From an uncultured Clostridia bacterium (GTDB lineage Bacteria; Bacillota; Clostridia; Christensenellales; UBA1242): a stretch of DNA of 64,000 bases. This document shows positions 39,383 to 47,154 of the stretch, in pieces. The stretch covers positions 37,279 through 101,278 of the forward strand of contig CALVZQ010000005.1 in NCBI GenBank assembly GCA_944372585.1, read 5' to 3'. The notes beneath the pieces are model-generated. The model worked only from the letters and a program-made list of their open reading frames with translations, was not told where the DNA came from and made no database searches. The translations under genes were made by a program, and so were the position numbers. Every line of letters begins with the position of its first letter. Position 1 is the first letter of the stretch.

Positions 39383-40141
39383 ATGACTATTACAAATTTA
39401 TCAAACACCCAATTCAGTTATACCTTACCAGATGGAACAGTTCAAACAGAGACAAGAGAGAGCAATCTCGTCAACACTGAAGTTTTGACAGATTCTTTCA
39501 CAAAAGTTAAAAGTTCAAACAAAACCTTTTTGCAGGAAGGAGAAACTGCAACACAAACAGTCACTCTCACAAATGGTTCTTTGTTTAACCTTTCCAGTAT
39601 GTTTTTTTCAGACACTCTTTCAACTGGTGCTTCATATGTTCCGGGAACAGTGTTTGTCAATGGAGTATCTCAACCGACCTATGATGTCAACACTGGTTTC
39701 AACATTGATGACATGGCTCCAAATGAGGTGGCAGTCATCACTTATGACATCAAAGCCGACAATCCTTTGACACAGGCCATTGTAAACAACTTCGCAACAA
39801 TCAACTACACCGCGGCTGAAAGACCATTGTCTGAAAACACAAACACTGTTCAATTGGCTGTTGTTTCCAACAGATTGTCAATTGTCAAAACTGTTGACAA
39901 ACCTGTGGCAATCAAAGGAGAAAATTTGCACTATACCAGCACAATCACAAACACAGGAACACTTTTGAAAACAAATCTGATCTTCTCAGATCCAATTCCA
40001 GCAGGTTCAACTTTTGTTGTTGGCAGTGTCAAAATTGATGGTGTGACACAAGCTTCGTACAATCCTGCAACAGGTTTCCCTCTTGCTGACTTGCCAGTTG
40101 GAGCGAGCACAGTTGTTGAATTTGATGTCACGGTGAACTGA
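39383..40141 (+). CDS. DUF11-repeat protein B: two DUF11 repeats, cysteine-free, no signal peptide
   Basis: AGGAG RBS, 18 nt after the previous stop. Repeats are FTKVKSSNKTFLQEGETATQTVTLTNGS...VITYDIKA and LSIVKTVDKPVAIKGENLHYTSTITNTG...VVEFDVTV. Confidence 0.75.
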   Translation: MTITNLSNTQFSYTLPDGTVQTETRESNLVNTEVLTDSFTKVKSSNKTFLQEGETATQTVTLTNGSLFNLSSMFFSDTLSTGASYVPGTVFVNGVSQPTYDVNTGFNIDDMAPNEVAVITYDIKADNPLTQAIVNNFATINYTAAERPLSENTNTVQLAVVSNRLSIVKTVDKPVAIKGENLHYTSTITNTGTLLKTNLIFSDPIPAGSTFVVGSVKIDGVTQASYNPATGFPLADLPVGASTVVEFDVTVN

Positions 40142-40142
40142 T

Positions 40143-40397
40143 ATGGCAGTGATTTCAAATGTTTCTTTTGTCACTGATTTTTCTGTCACCCCTTCAGTTG
40201 TTTTCACCAGCAATCCGGTTCAAACAACAATCATAACAAGGGATCCAGTTGTTCCTGTTGTGCCAGACGTTTTCTATCTCTGTGATGACTGCTGTCCAAG
40301 ATGGAGTTGCCGCTGTCAGAGATGCAATTGTTGCAGAAACAGTTGGCGAATTTCAAGATGCTTAAATCGATGCAATTTCCCACCATACTTCTTTTGA
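40143..40397 (+). CDS. 84-aa protein with a DUF11-linker-like N-half and a Cys/Arg-rich C-half
   Basis: Translationally coupled (TGAtATG). The C-half is CDDCCPRWSCRCQRCNCCRNSWRISRCLNRC, with 10 Cys in 31 residues. Confidence 0.6.
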   Translation: MAVISNVSFVTDFSVTPSVVFTSNPVQTTIITRDPVVPVVPDVFYLCDDCCPRWSCRCQRCNCCRNSWRISRCLNRCNFPPYFF

Positions 40398-40411
40398 TTG
40401 AAAAGTCACTT

Positions 40412-40450
40412 AAAATGCACAATTTTCATGTTGTGCATTTTTCATTTTTT
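40412..40450. terminator. Bidirectional terminator between the DUF11 operon and the convergent glycosyltransferase gene
   Basis: AAAATGCACAA-TTTTCATG-TTGTGCATTTT followed by TCATTTTTT. Confidence 0.8.
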
Positions 40451-40460
40451 ATGAGATGAA

Positions 40461-41522
40461 TTAATTTTGAAAAAATTGATTATTAAAGATCACAGAAGGG
40501 TGGTTTGGTTTTAGTTTTTTTGCTTTCTGATGATACATTTTTGCTTCTTGATAGTCGGTGAAATACAAAAGTTTTGTCAGTTCCAAAAATGGTGTGATGT
40601 TTGAATAGGTCTCTTTGACAAAACCAGCCACTTGTTTTGGACAATAAAGAGCAGATTTATACCAAAAAATCGCTCTTTCTTTTTCGTTTTTCATGTCATA
40701 AAGATGTCCAATCTTGCAACATAATTCTGCAGTCGGGGTGTGATTTTGAAGACAGGCAAAAAGAATGCTTAAAGATGAATCAATTTGGTTTTTCAAAAGA
40801 AAACAATCAGAAAGCAAAACATGTGCGCCATAATTGTCGGGTGGGTATGAATTTTTCATTTTCAAAAACTTTTTAAGATTTTTGATTGCTGAAGAGATGT
40901 AGTTGTTGTAATAGAGTTCTCGGCTGTAATAATACATTTCACGAGCATTGAATTTTTCGCCACGTCTTATTGCTTTGCGATAGAGATTGAGGTTGCGTCT
41001 TCCATCTTTGTTGTCTGCATTTTTTCTGTGTTCAATTTCAATGTCAAGATATTCAATTTTTCCATATGGAGCAATTGCTTCGTGAACAAATCCTTCCCAT
41101 CTGAAGCGGTCTGTGCTTTTGAGCAAGCGTTCGCGAAAATATGTCAGAAATGGAGTGTTGTCTGCATCAAAACCAGTGGAATATTTGAACATATAAACAT
41201 CTGTTTCTGTGTTTGTCGTACTTTTCAATTCCAAGATTTTTTGAATGTTTTTTTGTGTCACAAAATCATCAGCATCAAGCCACATTTGATAATCACAAGT
41301 TGCTTTTGAAAAGGAAAAATTCCTTGCCTTTGAAAAATCATCACACCATTTGAAGTCACAAATCTTGTCGGTGTATTGTTTTGCAATTTCTTTTGTCCTG
41401 TCGGTTGAACCAGTGTCGACAATTATGATTTCATCGGCAAATTGTTTGGCACAATCCAAAAGTCTTGCGATGACCTTCTCTTCATTTTTTACAATCATAC
41501 ATAAACTTATTGTGAACATCAT
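40461..41522 (-). CDS. GT2 glycosyltransferase with a C-terminal TPR-like helical domain (SunS-like architecture)
   Basis: Start ATGATG at 41522, 4-5 nt after AGAGG. The 77 extra N-terminal codons of the listed ORF overlap the divergent gene. Motifs: LCMIVKNEEKVIARLL, DEIIIVDTGSTDRT, LDADDF, then TPR-like helices (REMYYYSRELYYNN...). Confidence 0.75.
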   Translation of the reverse strand: MMFTISLCMIVKNEEKVIARLLDCAKQFADEIIIVDTGSTDRTKEIAKQYTDKICDFKWCDDFSKARNFSFSKATCDYQMWLDADDFVTQKNIQKILELKSTTNTETDVYMFKYSTGFDADNTPFLTYFRERLLKSTDRFRWEGFVHEAIAPYGKIEYLDIEIEHRKNADNKDGRRNLNLYRKAIRRGEKFNAREMYYYSRELYYNNYISSAIKNLKKFLKMKNSYPPDNYGAHVLLSDCFLLKNQIDSSLSILFACLQNHTPTAELCCKIGHLYDMKNEKERAIFWYKSALYCPKQVAGFVKETYSNITPFLELTKLLYFTDYQEAKMYHQKAKKLKPNHPSVIFNNQFFQN

Positions 41523-41625
41523 TTGACCTCTATTTCTTACATATTCCAAAGATTTTGTTTTGTTGCAGTGAAATGTTTTTGAAAAATTCGTGTGGTGTGA
41601 TATGATAATCTCACTGGAGAAAAAT

Positions 41626-43098
41626 ATGTTAGGTGCAATAATAGGTGATGTTGTAGGCTCCAAATATGAGTTTGACAACATCAAATCAAAAGATTTTCCT
41701 TTGTTTTCCAAAGAAAACAAATTCACAGATGGCACGGTGCTTACTTGTGCCATTGCTCAGGCTTGTATGAATTGCAAAGGGGACTATTCCAAATTGCAAA
41801 AAGAGGCAAAAAAATGCCTTTTGGAATTTGGTCGAATTTATATGGCAAATAATGTTGTCGGCTATGGAGAAATGTTCTATGAATGGCTCAAAGACCCAAT
41901 GCCATATCAAAGTTTTGGAAACGGGGCAGCCATGAGGGTTTCTCCACTTGCCTACTTTGCAAAAGACAAAGAGCAACTCAAAGAGATGAGCAGAGCAGTC
42001 ACCATCTTGAGCCACAATCATGTTGAAGCCATCACGGGAGCGGAAGCGGTTGCAGTTTCTGTTTTTATGGCATTGAATGGTGCAAGCAAAGAAGAAATCA
42101 AAAAAGAAATTGAGAAAAATTATTACAAACTCAACTTTGATTATGAGAAACTGGTGAAATCATATCGTTTTGACGTCAGTTGCAAAAATTCAGTTCCACA
42201 GGCCATTTTTTGTTTTTTGATTTCTGATTCTTTTGAAGATGCTCTCAGAACGGCAATTTCAATTGGTGGAGACAGTGACACAATTGCTTGCATAACTTGT
42301 TCAATTGCTGAAGCGTTTTATGGTGTTCCTGTTGGATTGGAACGCTGGGCGCTGAGATATTTGGACAAAAATCTTTTGACTGTTTATCGAAATTTTTGTA
42401 AATCAAAATATTGCGATTATGCAAAAATTCATGGCGAAGATATGTTGAAGGATTTCAATTTTTCTGACTTCGTCAAAAGAAGAAAAAGGTTTTTGAAAGA
42501 AAATTCTGAAAAAAGTTTTGTCATTGTTGAAGGGCAAATCCCTTTGATAATTTCTTCACCGCATGGAGTTTCGCAGGTCAGACTTGGGCAACCAAAATAT
42601 GCAGAACCAGGTTCTTTGTCGCTCGCTCTTGAACTTCAAAAAAGGACCAATGCACATTTGATTGCAAAAACAAAAAATTGCAATGACGATGCAAATTTTG
42701 ATGCAATTTCACCATATAAAGAAGAACTAAAACGTTACATAAAGCAACATAACATCAAATATCTCATTGATTTTCATGGCATGAAAAAGTCGCGAGAAAT
42801 TGACATCAATTTGGGGACAAATTTTGGGCGAAACATTATGAAAGATGAGAAATTGTTTGATTTTCTTTTGCATGGTTTCAATCAAAGAAATTTCAAGGTT
42901 GCAGTTGACAACCCATTCAATGGAGATGCTGATACAGTTTCTGGAGCAATATCACAAAGTTGTGGAATTTGGACGATCCAAATTGAAATAAATTATAGAT
43001 TCACCAACGAAAAAAGATGTGTTGCGTGTCTTCTGGACATTTTGGAAATCATGATTCAAACAATAGATTTTTGCTGTAAGGGGCGAAAATTGCTTTGA
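41626..43098 (+). CDS. Fusion protein: N-terminal ADP-ribosylglycohydrolase (ARH) domain and C-terminal N-formylglutamate amidohydrolase (FGase)-like domain
   Basis: ATG 6 nt after GGAGA. ARH motifs: MLGAIIGDVVGSKYEF, FTDGT, GNGAAMRVSP, GGDSDTIACI. FGase-like motifs: PLIISSPHGVSQVR, LIDFHGM, WTIQIEINY. Confidence 0.65.
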   Translation: MLGAIIGDVVGSKYEFDNIKSKDFPLFSKENKFTDGTVLTCAIAQACMNCKGDYSKLQKEAKKCLLEFGRIYMANNVVGYGEMFYEWLKDPMPYQSFGNGAAMRVSPLAYFAKDKEQLKEMSRAVTILSHNHVEAITGAEAVAVSVFMALNGASKEEIKKEIEKNYYKLNFDYEKLVKSYRFDVSCKNSVPQAIFCFLISDSFEDALRTAISIGGDSDTIACITCSIAEAFYGVPVGLERWALRYLDKNLLTVYRNFCKSKYCDYAKIHGEDMLKDFNFSDFVKRRKRFLKENSEKSFVIVEGQIPLIISSPHGVSQVRLGQPKYAEPGSLSLALELQKRTNAHLIAKTKNCNDDANFDAISPYKEELKRYIKQHNIKYLIDFHGMKKSREIDINLGTNFGRNIMKDEKLFDFLLHGFNQRNFKVAVDNPFNGDADTVSGAISQSCGIWTIQIEINYRFTNEKRCVACLLDILEIMIQTIDFCCKGRKLL

Positions 43099-43158
43099 AA
43101 TGACAAACAAAATATGATATAATCACTTCGGAAAAATTTTACTTAATGAGGAGAGAAA

Positions 43159-44025
43159 ATGAAAACAGTTGCAATCGTCACTGACAGTAACAGTGGAATT
43201 TCACCAGAAGAAGCAGACAAATTGGGGATTTATGTTGTTCCAATGCCATTTATTATTGATGGAGAAATTTATTATGAAGGCGTAAGTCTGACGAATGACA
43301 AATTTTATGAAATTCAAAGAAGCGGAACAAGAATAACCACATCACAACCAAACATAAATGACATTGTTGCTTTGTGGGAGAACATTTTGAAAGAATATGA
43401 TGAGATTGTGCATATTCCAATGTCGAGTGGACTCAGTCAAAGTTGTGAAACAGCAACAAGTTTTGCCGAACAGTTTGGTGGCAGAGTTCAAGTTGTTGAC
43501 AACAAAAGAGTCTCTGTCACAATGAAAGCATCAGTCGTTGATGCTGTCAACATGGTTAAAGACGGGAAAAATGCGAAGCAAATCAAACAGTATTTGGAAG
43601 AAACGGCTTTGGATTCTTCAATCTATCTTGTTGTTGACACATTGAAATATCTCAAACAAGGTGGAAGAATAACTCCAGCGGCCGCTGCAATTGGAACAGT
43701 TTTAAACATCAAACCAGTTCTTCAAATTCAAGGTGGAAAACTTGACCAATATGCCAAAGTCATGAACATCAGAAGCGCAAAATCAAAAATGTTGGACGCA
43801 ATGAAAAAGGACCTTGAAGGAAGATTCAGAAGTTTGGTTAATGAAGGCAAGATGAAATTGGCCGTTGCTCACACTTTGAATGAAGAAAACGCAAAAGAAT
43901 TTGCTGAAGAAATCAGAAAAACATTTCCAAATGTTGAACTTGATTTTGTTGATGCTTTGGCTCTTTCTATTGCAACTCACACTGGACCAAAAGTCTTGGC
44001 TATTGCAAGTTATAGGGTTTATTAA
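43159..44025 (+). CDS. DegV-family fatty-acid-binding protein (second copy)
   Basis: VAIVTDSNSGISPEEA, TSQPN, LKQGGRITPAAA. Confidence 0.85.
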   Translation: MKTVAIVTDSNSGISPEEADKLGIYVVPMPFIIDGEIYYEGVSLTNDKFYEIQRSGTRITTSQPNINDIVALWENILKEYDEIVHIPMSSGLSQSCETATSFAEQFGGRVQVVDNKRVSVTMKASVVDAVNMVKDGKNAKQIKQYLEETALDSSIYLVVDTLKYLKQGGRITPAAAAIGTVLNIKPVLQIQGGKLDQYAKVMNIRSAKSKMLDAMKKDLEGRFRSLVNEGKMKLAVAHTLNEENAKEFAEEIRKTFPNVELDFVDALALSIATHTGPKVLAIASYRVY

Positions 44026-44105
44026 AATCAAAGATTTTTCAGAAAAAGTCCAATTCGTTTGGTCTTTTTCTTTTTTTACTCTAAAATAGGATTGGGAGTT
44101 ATATT

Positions 44106-44984
44106 ATGAAAGATTGCATTTTTTGTAAGATAATAAATGGAGAAATGCCAAGTTACAAAATTTATGAAGATGATTTTTGTTTGGCTTTTTTGGATATTTC
44201 AAATGATATTTATGGGCACACCTTGGTCATTCCAAAAAAACACTATGAAAATGTGATGACCTGTGACAACAAGACTTTGTCAAGAGTTATGGAAACCTGC
44301 AAAAAAATCGGAACGCACTATGTGAAAGATTGTGGTTTTGATGGCTTCAACATTTTGAATGCTTGTGGAAAAGCTGCAGAACAATCTGTTTTTCATGTTC
44401 ATTTTCACATTTTGCCAAGAAAGACAGATGATGGAGAAAAGGTTTTTCCAACACTTTCTGGTTCGAAAATTGACATGGCTGAGGCGTGTGCCAAACTGAA
44501 AATCCAATGTGAAAACGAACATGTTGAAGAACTTTGCGAAGACGATGAAGATTGTGTTGTTCTTTACACAGATGGTGCATGTTCTGGAAATCCTGGAGCA
44601 GGTGGCTGGGCTTCAATTTTGTCTTTCAAAGGGAAAGAAAAAGTTTTGTCTGGCGGAGAGAAAGAAACTACAAACAATCGCATGGAACTTATGGCTGTGA
44701 TTATGGGGCTTGAAAGTGTTAAAAATGGAAACAAAGTCAAGGTTTTCAGTGACAGTGCTTATGTTGTCAATACATTCAATCAAAATTGGATTGAAAAATG
44801 GCAAAAAAACAATTGGCAGACAAGCGGAAAAGGGGCAGTTCAGAACAAAGATTTATGGCAAAGATTGCTCGCTGCAATGGAAGGACTTGATGTGGAATTT
44901 GTCAAAGTCAAAGGTCATAGTGACAACAAAAACAACAATCGTTGTGATGCACTTGCAAGAGAAGAAATTATGAAGATGAGTTAG
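44106..44984 (+). CDS. HIT-family nucleotide hydrolase fused to RNase HI
   Basis: N-half: CIFCKII...HTLVIPKKH...FHVHFHILPR (HxHxHxx). C-half: LYTDGACSGNPGAGGWA, NNRMELMA, VFSDSAYV, GHSDNKNNNRCDALA (DEDD residues). It is one uninterrupted ORF. Confidence 0.8.
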   Translation: MKDCIFCKIINGEMPSYKIYEDDFCLAFLDISNDIYGHTLVIPKKHYENVMTCDNKTLSRVMETCKKIGTHYVKDCGFDGFNILNACGKAAEQSVFHVHFHILPRKTDDGEKVFPTLSGSKIDMAEACAKLKIQCENEHVEELCEDDEDCVVLYTDGACSGNPGAGGWASILSFKGKEKVLSGGEKETTNNRMELMAVIMGLESVKNGNKVKVFSDSAYVVNTFNQNWIEKWQKNNWQTSGKGAVQNKDLWQRLLAAMEGLDVEFVKVKGHSDNKNNNRCDALAREEIMKMS

Positions 44985-45016
44985 TCATCTTCTTTTTTTT
45001 GTTAAATTTAATTTTT

Positions 45017-46012
45017 TTAAATAGGAACAAAAATGAGCAAAATCATTGTGACAATCAAAGACAGGCAAGCATGCGAAAATTTTTGCAATGTGAAAAATTT
45101 GATTGGCATTTGAAGATTTGAAAGCATGGTTATTGATTGCAAGATTGTTGAAATTCCGCCAAAACTTATCGTGAATGAGCAAAGTGCGATCGCAAGAGAT
45201 TTGTTTGAAAGAGTGGACAAATCAATGCAACCTTTTGTTATTTCAATCAACCCTTCAAAAAAGTAGGCAATGTTGTTTGGGAGAAGTGATAAAATGGGCG
45301 AAAAACATTCAATCACAATAAAGAAAATCGTTATGATGCAACCGACAGACAAAATGGAAAGTGTGGAATTTAGCACAATCTCCGAAAGGTTGAATTGAGT
45401 TTTTTGGGTGTTGTTATCATTATTTGGAAGGTTGTTTGTTGAATCTTTCTCTCTCAATTTGAAATTTCGATATATGATTCCGTTCAACACTGCCCCAATG
45501 ATATGACTTAGAAAGAGAATGTATCCAATTTTTGAACTGTTGAACATTCCAATCCCGACCGCACCAATTATGAACATGGGACCAGAGGTCGAACAAAATG
45601 AAGACATTTTGAAAGCATCTTCTTTTGAAATTTTTCCTTGCATATAAAGGTCTGCAACCATTTTTGAGCCGACGGGATAGCCAGATAAAATTGCCATCGC
45701 AAATGCATACATGGAAATGGGTGGCGCTTTGAAAATCTTTTGGCTTATTTTTGAAAATGGATTTGTAAGTTTTGGCATGAAGTCCAAAGATGATAAAACT
45801 TTTGTGAAAAACATAAATGGCAAGACACTGGGCAAAACATTAAATGCCCAGGCACTTATTCCATTTAGGGATTGAGAGATAAATTTGGCTGGTTGCAAAA
45901 TCATGCAAAGCAAAAAATATAAAATCAAAATTGTGAAAAACATATATGCAAAACTTGTGTTTTTATTGCGTGAAAATTTCAAAATGTCCTCCTTTTTTGT
46001 TTGACTTTGCAT
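45017..46012 (-). CDS. Nucleoside-recognition (Gate) domain membrane protein, YlbJ-like
   Basis: Polytopic, with two Gate-like halves. Resembles the sporulation membrane protein YlbJ but is shorter. No Shine-Dalgarno sequence at the listed ATG. Confidence 0.45.
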   Translation of the reverse strand: MQSQTKKEDILKFSRNKNTSFAYMFFTILILYFLLCMILQPAKFISQSLNGISAWAFNVLPSVLPFMFFTKVLSSLDFMPKLTNPFSKISQKIFKAPPISMYAFAMAILSGYPVGSKMVADLYMQGKISKEDAFKMSSFCSTSGPMFIIGAVGIGMFNSSKIGYILFLSHIIGAVLNGIIYRNFKLREKDSTNNLPNNDNNTQKTQFNLSEIVLNSTLSILSVGCIITIFFIVIECFSPILSLLPNNIAYFFEGLIEITKGCIDLSTLSNKSLAIALCSFTISFGGISTILQSITMLSNLQMPIKFFTLQKFSHACLSLIVTMILLIFVPI

Positions 46013-46029
46013 TGTAGATTTCTTATAAT
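46001..46029 (+). promoter_or_regulatory. Sigma-A promoter for pta-ackA (TTGACT-17 nt-TATAAT)
   Basis: Exact 17-nt spacing. Overlaps the start codon of the divergent membrane protein gene. Confidence 0.65.
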
Positions 46030-46065
46030 TATTAATGAAAGTTGCAAAACTTTTGATTGTTTGTT

Positions 46066-46093
46066 CAAATCTTCATGCGTGAAGATTTGTTTT
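46066..46093 (+). promoter_or_regulatory. Terminator-like hairpin inside the pta leader
   Basis: CAAATCTTCA-TGCG-TGAAGATTTG (perfect 10 bp) followed by TTTTGATTTG, ~30 nt downstream of the predicted transcription start and 57 nt upstream of the pta ATG. Confidence 0.5.
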
Positions 46094-46149
46094 GATTTGA
46101 TGTTATTATTTTATTTTTAATTTTATGAAAAAAGAATTGGAGAGAAATT

Positions 46150-47154
46150 ATGTTTAATATTGACAAATTGGTTAATGAAGCAAAAAAGAGACAAAAGACA
46201 ATTGTTTTCCCTGAAGTTAGTTTTTCTGACAGAACAGTGGAAGCGGTCAAATTTTTGCAAAAGAAAAAAATTGTCAAAGTCTTGCTTGTTGGTGATGCAA
46301 GTGCTTTGATTCTTAGGGACAAAATTTTTGAACACTTTGACATTGTCAATCCTGTGACCTTTCCAGACAGAGCTAAACTTGTGAAAACTTTGTATGAAAA
46401 AAGAAAAGAAAAAGGCATGACAATGGAGCAGGCAGACGAACTTGAAAAAGACCCATACTACTTTGCCACACTTCTTGTTGAATGTGGATATGCAGATGGA
46501 ATGGTTGCGGGAGCGGAAGCCTCAACGGCAACAACAGTTCGTCCAGCTCTTCAAATCATCAAGGCAAAAAACAAGAAAGATCCAGTTTCATCTTTTTTCT
46601 TGATGTATGGAAAAAACAAATTTTTGAAGAACGAAGCAGTCATCTTGTCCGATTGTGGTGTTTTGGAAAATCCAGATGCTGACACACTGGTGGCAATTGC
46701 TTCTCAAAGTGCGAAAAGTGCACAACAATTTGGTTTGACTCCAAGAGTGGCATTTTTGTCTTATTCCACAAAGGGAAGTGCCAAGAGCGAAAACATTGAC
46801 AAGGTCAGACAAGCATACGAAAAGTTCAAAAAGAAAGAAAAAGATATCGTTTGTGACGGAGAATTGCAATTTGATGCTGCAATGGTTCCAAGAGTTGCAG
46901 AACACAAATGCCCAGGCAGTCCTTTGAAAGGGAATTCAAATGTTTTGATTTTCCCAAACATTGAAGCAGGGAACATTTGCTACAAAATGATGCAATATGT
47001 TGGTGGTCTCAACGCAGTTGGGCCAATTTTGCAGGGGCTTAGGAAACCGGTAAACGACCTGTCGAGAGGTTGTTCTGTGAACGACATTGTCATGGTGAGT
47101 GTGCTTACTGCACTTCAATGTGAAGAAAAAGAAAAGAAAGGAGAAAATAAATAA
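46150..47154 (+). CDS. pta: Phosphate acetyltransferase
   Basis: Short-form PTA (~334 aa) with typical motifs (GMVAGA, SDCG, NVLIFP, AVGPILQG). Directly coupled to ackA. Confidence 0.85.
   Translation: MFNIDKLVNEAKKRQKTIVFPEVSFSDRTVEAVKFLQKKKIVKVLLVGDASALILRDKIFEHFDIVNPVTFPDRAKLVKTLYEKRKEKGMTMEQADELEKDPYYFATLLVECGYADGMVAGAEASTATTVRPALQIIKAKNKKDPVSSFFLMYGKNKFLKNEAVILSDCGVLENPDADTLVAIASQSAKSAQQFGLTPRVAFLSYSTKGSAKSENIDKVRQAYEKFKKKEKDIVCDGELQFDAAMVPRVAEHKCPGSPLKGNSNVLIFPNIEAGNICYKMMQYVGGLNAVGPILQGLRKPVNDLSRGCSVNDIVMVSVLTALQCEEKEKKGENK

Noticed and set aside
40143-40397. Cys-rich ORF as a glycocin or RiPP precursor for the SunS-like enzyme
   Set aside because: There is no double-glycine leader, no C39-peptidase ABC exporter, no thiol-disulfide oxidoreductase, and no radical-SAM or lanthipeptide enzyme nearby. 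The glycosyltransferase is on the opposite strand. The N-half looks like a DUF11 linker rather than a leader peptide.
41523-41753. 77-codon N-terminal extension of the glycosyltransferase ORF
   Set aside because: It overlaps the divergent ARH-FGase gene and has no GT2 homology. An ATGATG with an AGAGG RBS sits exactly where GT2 enzymes start (MMFTISLCMIVKNEE).
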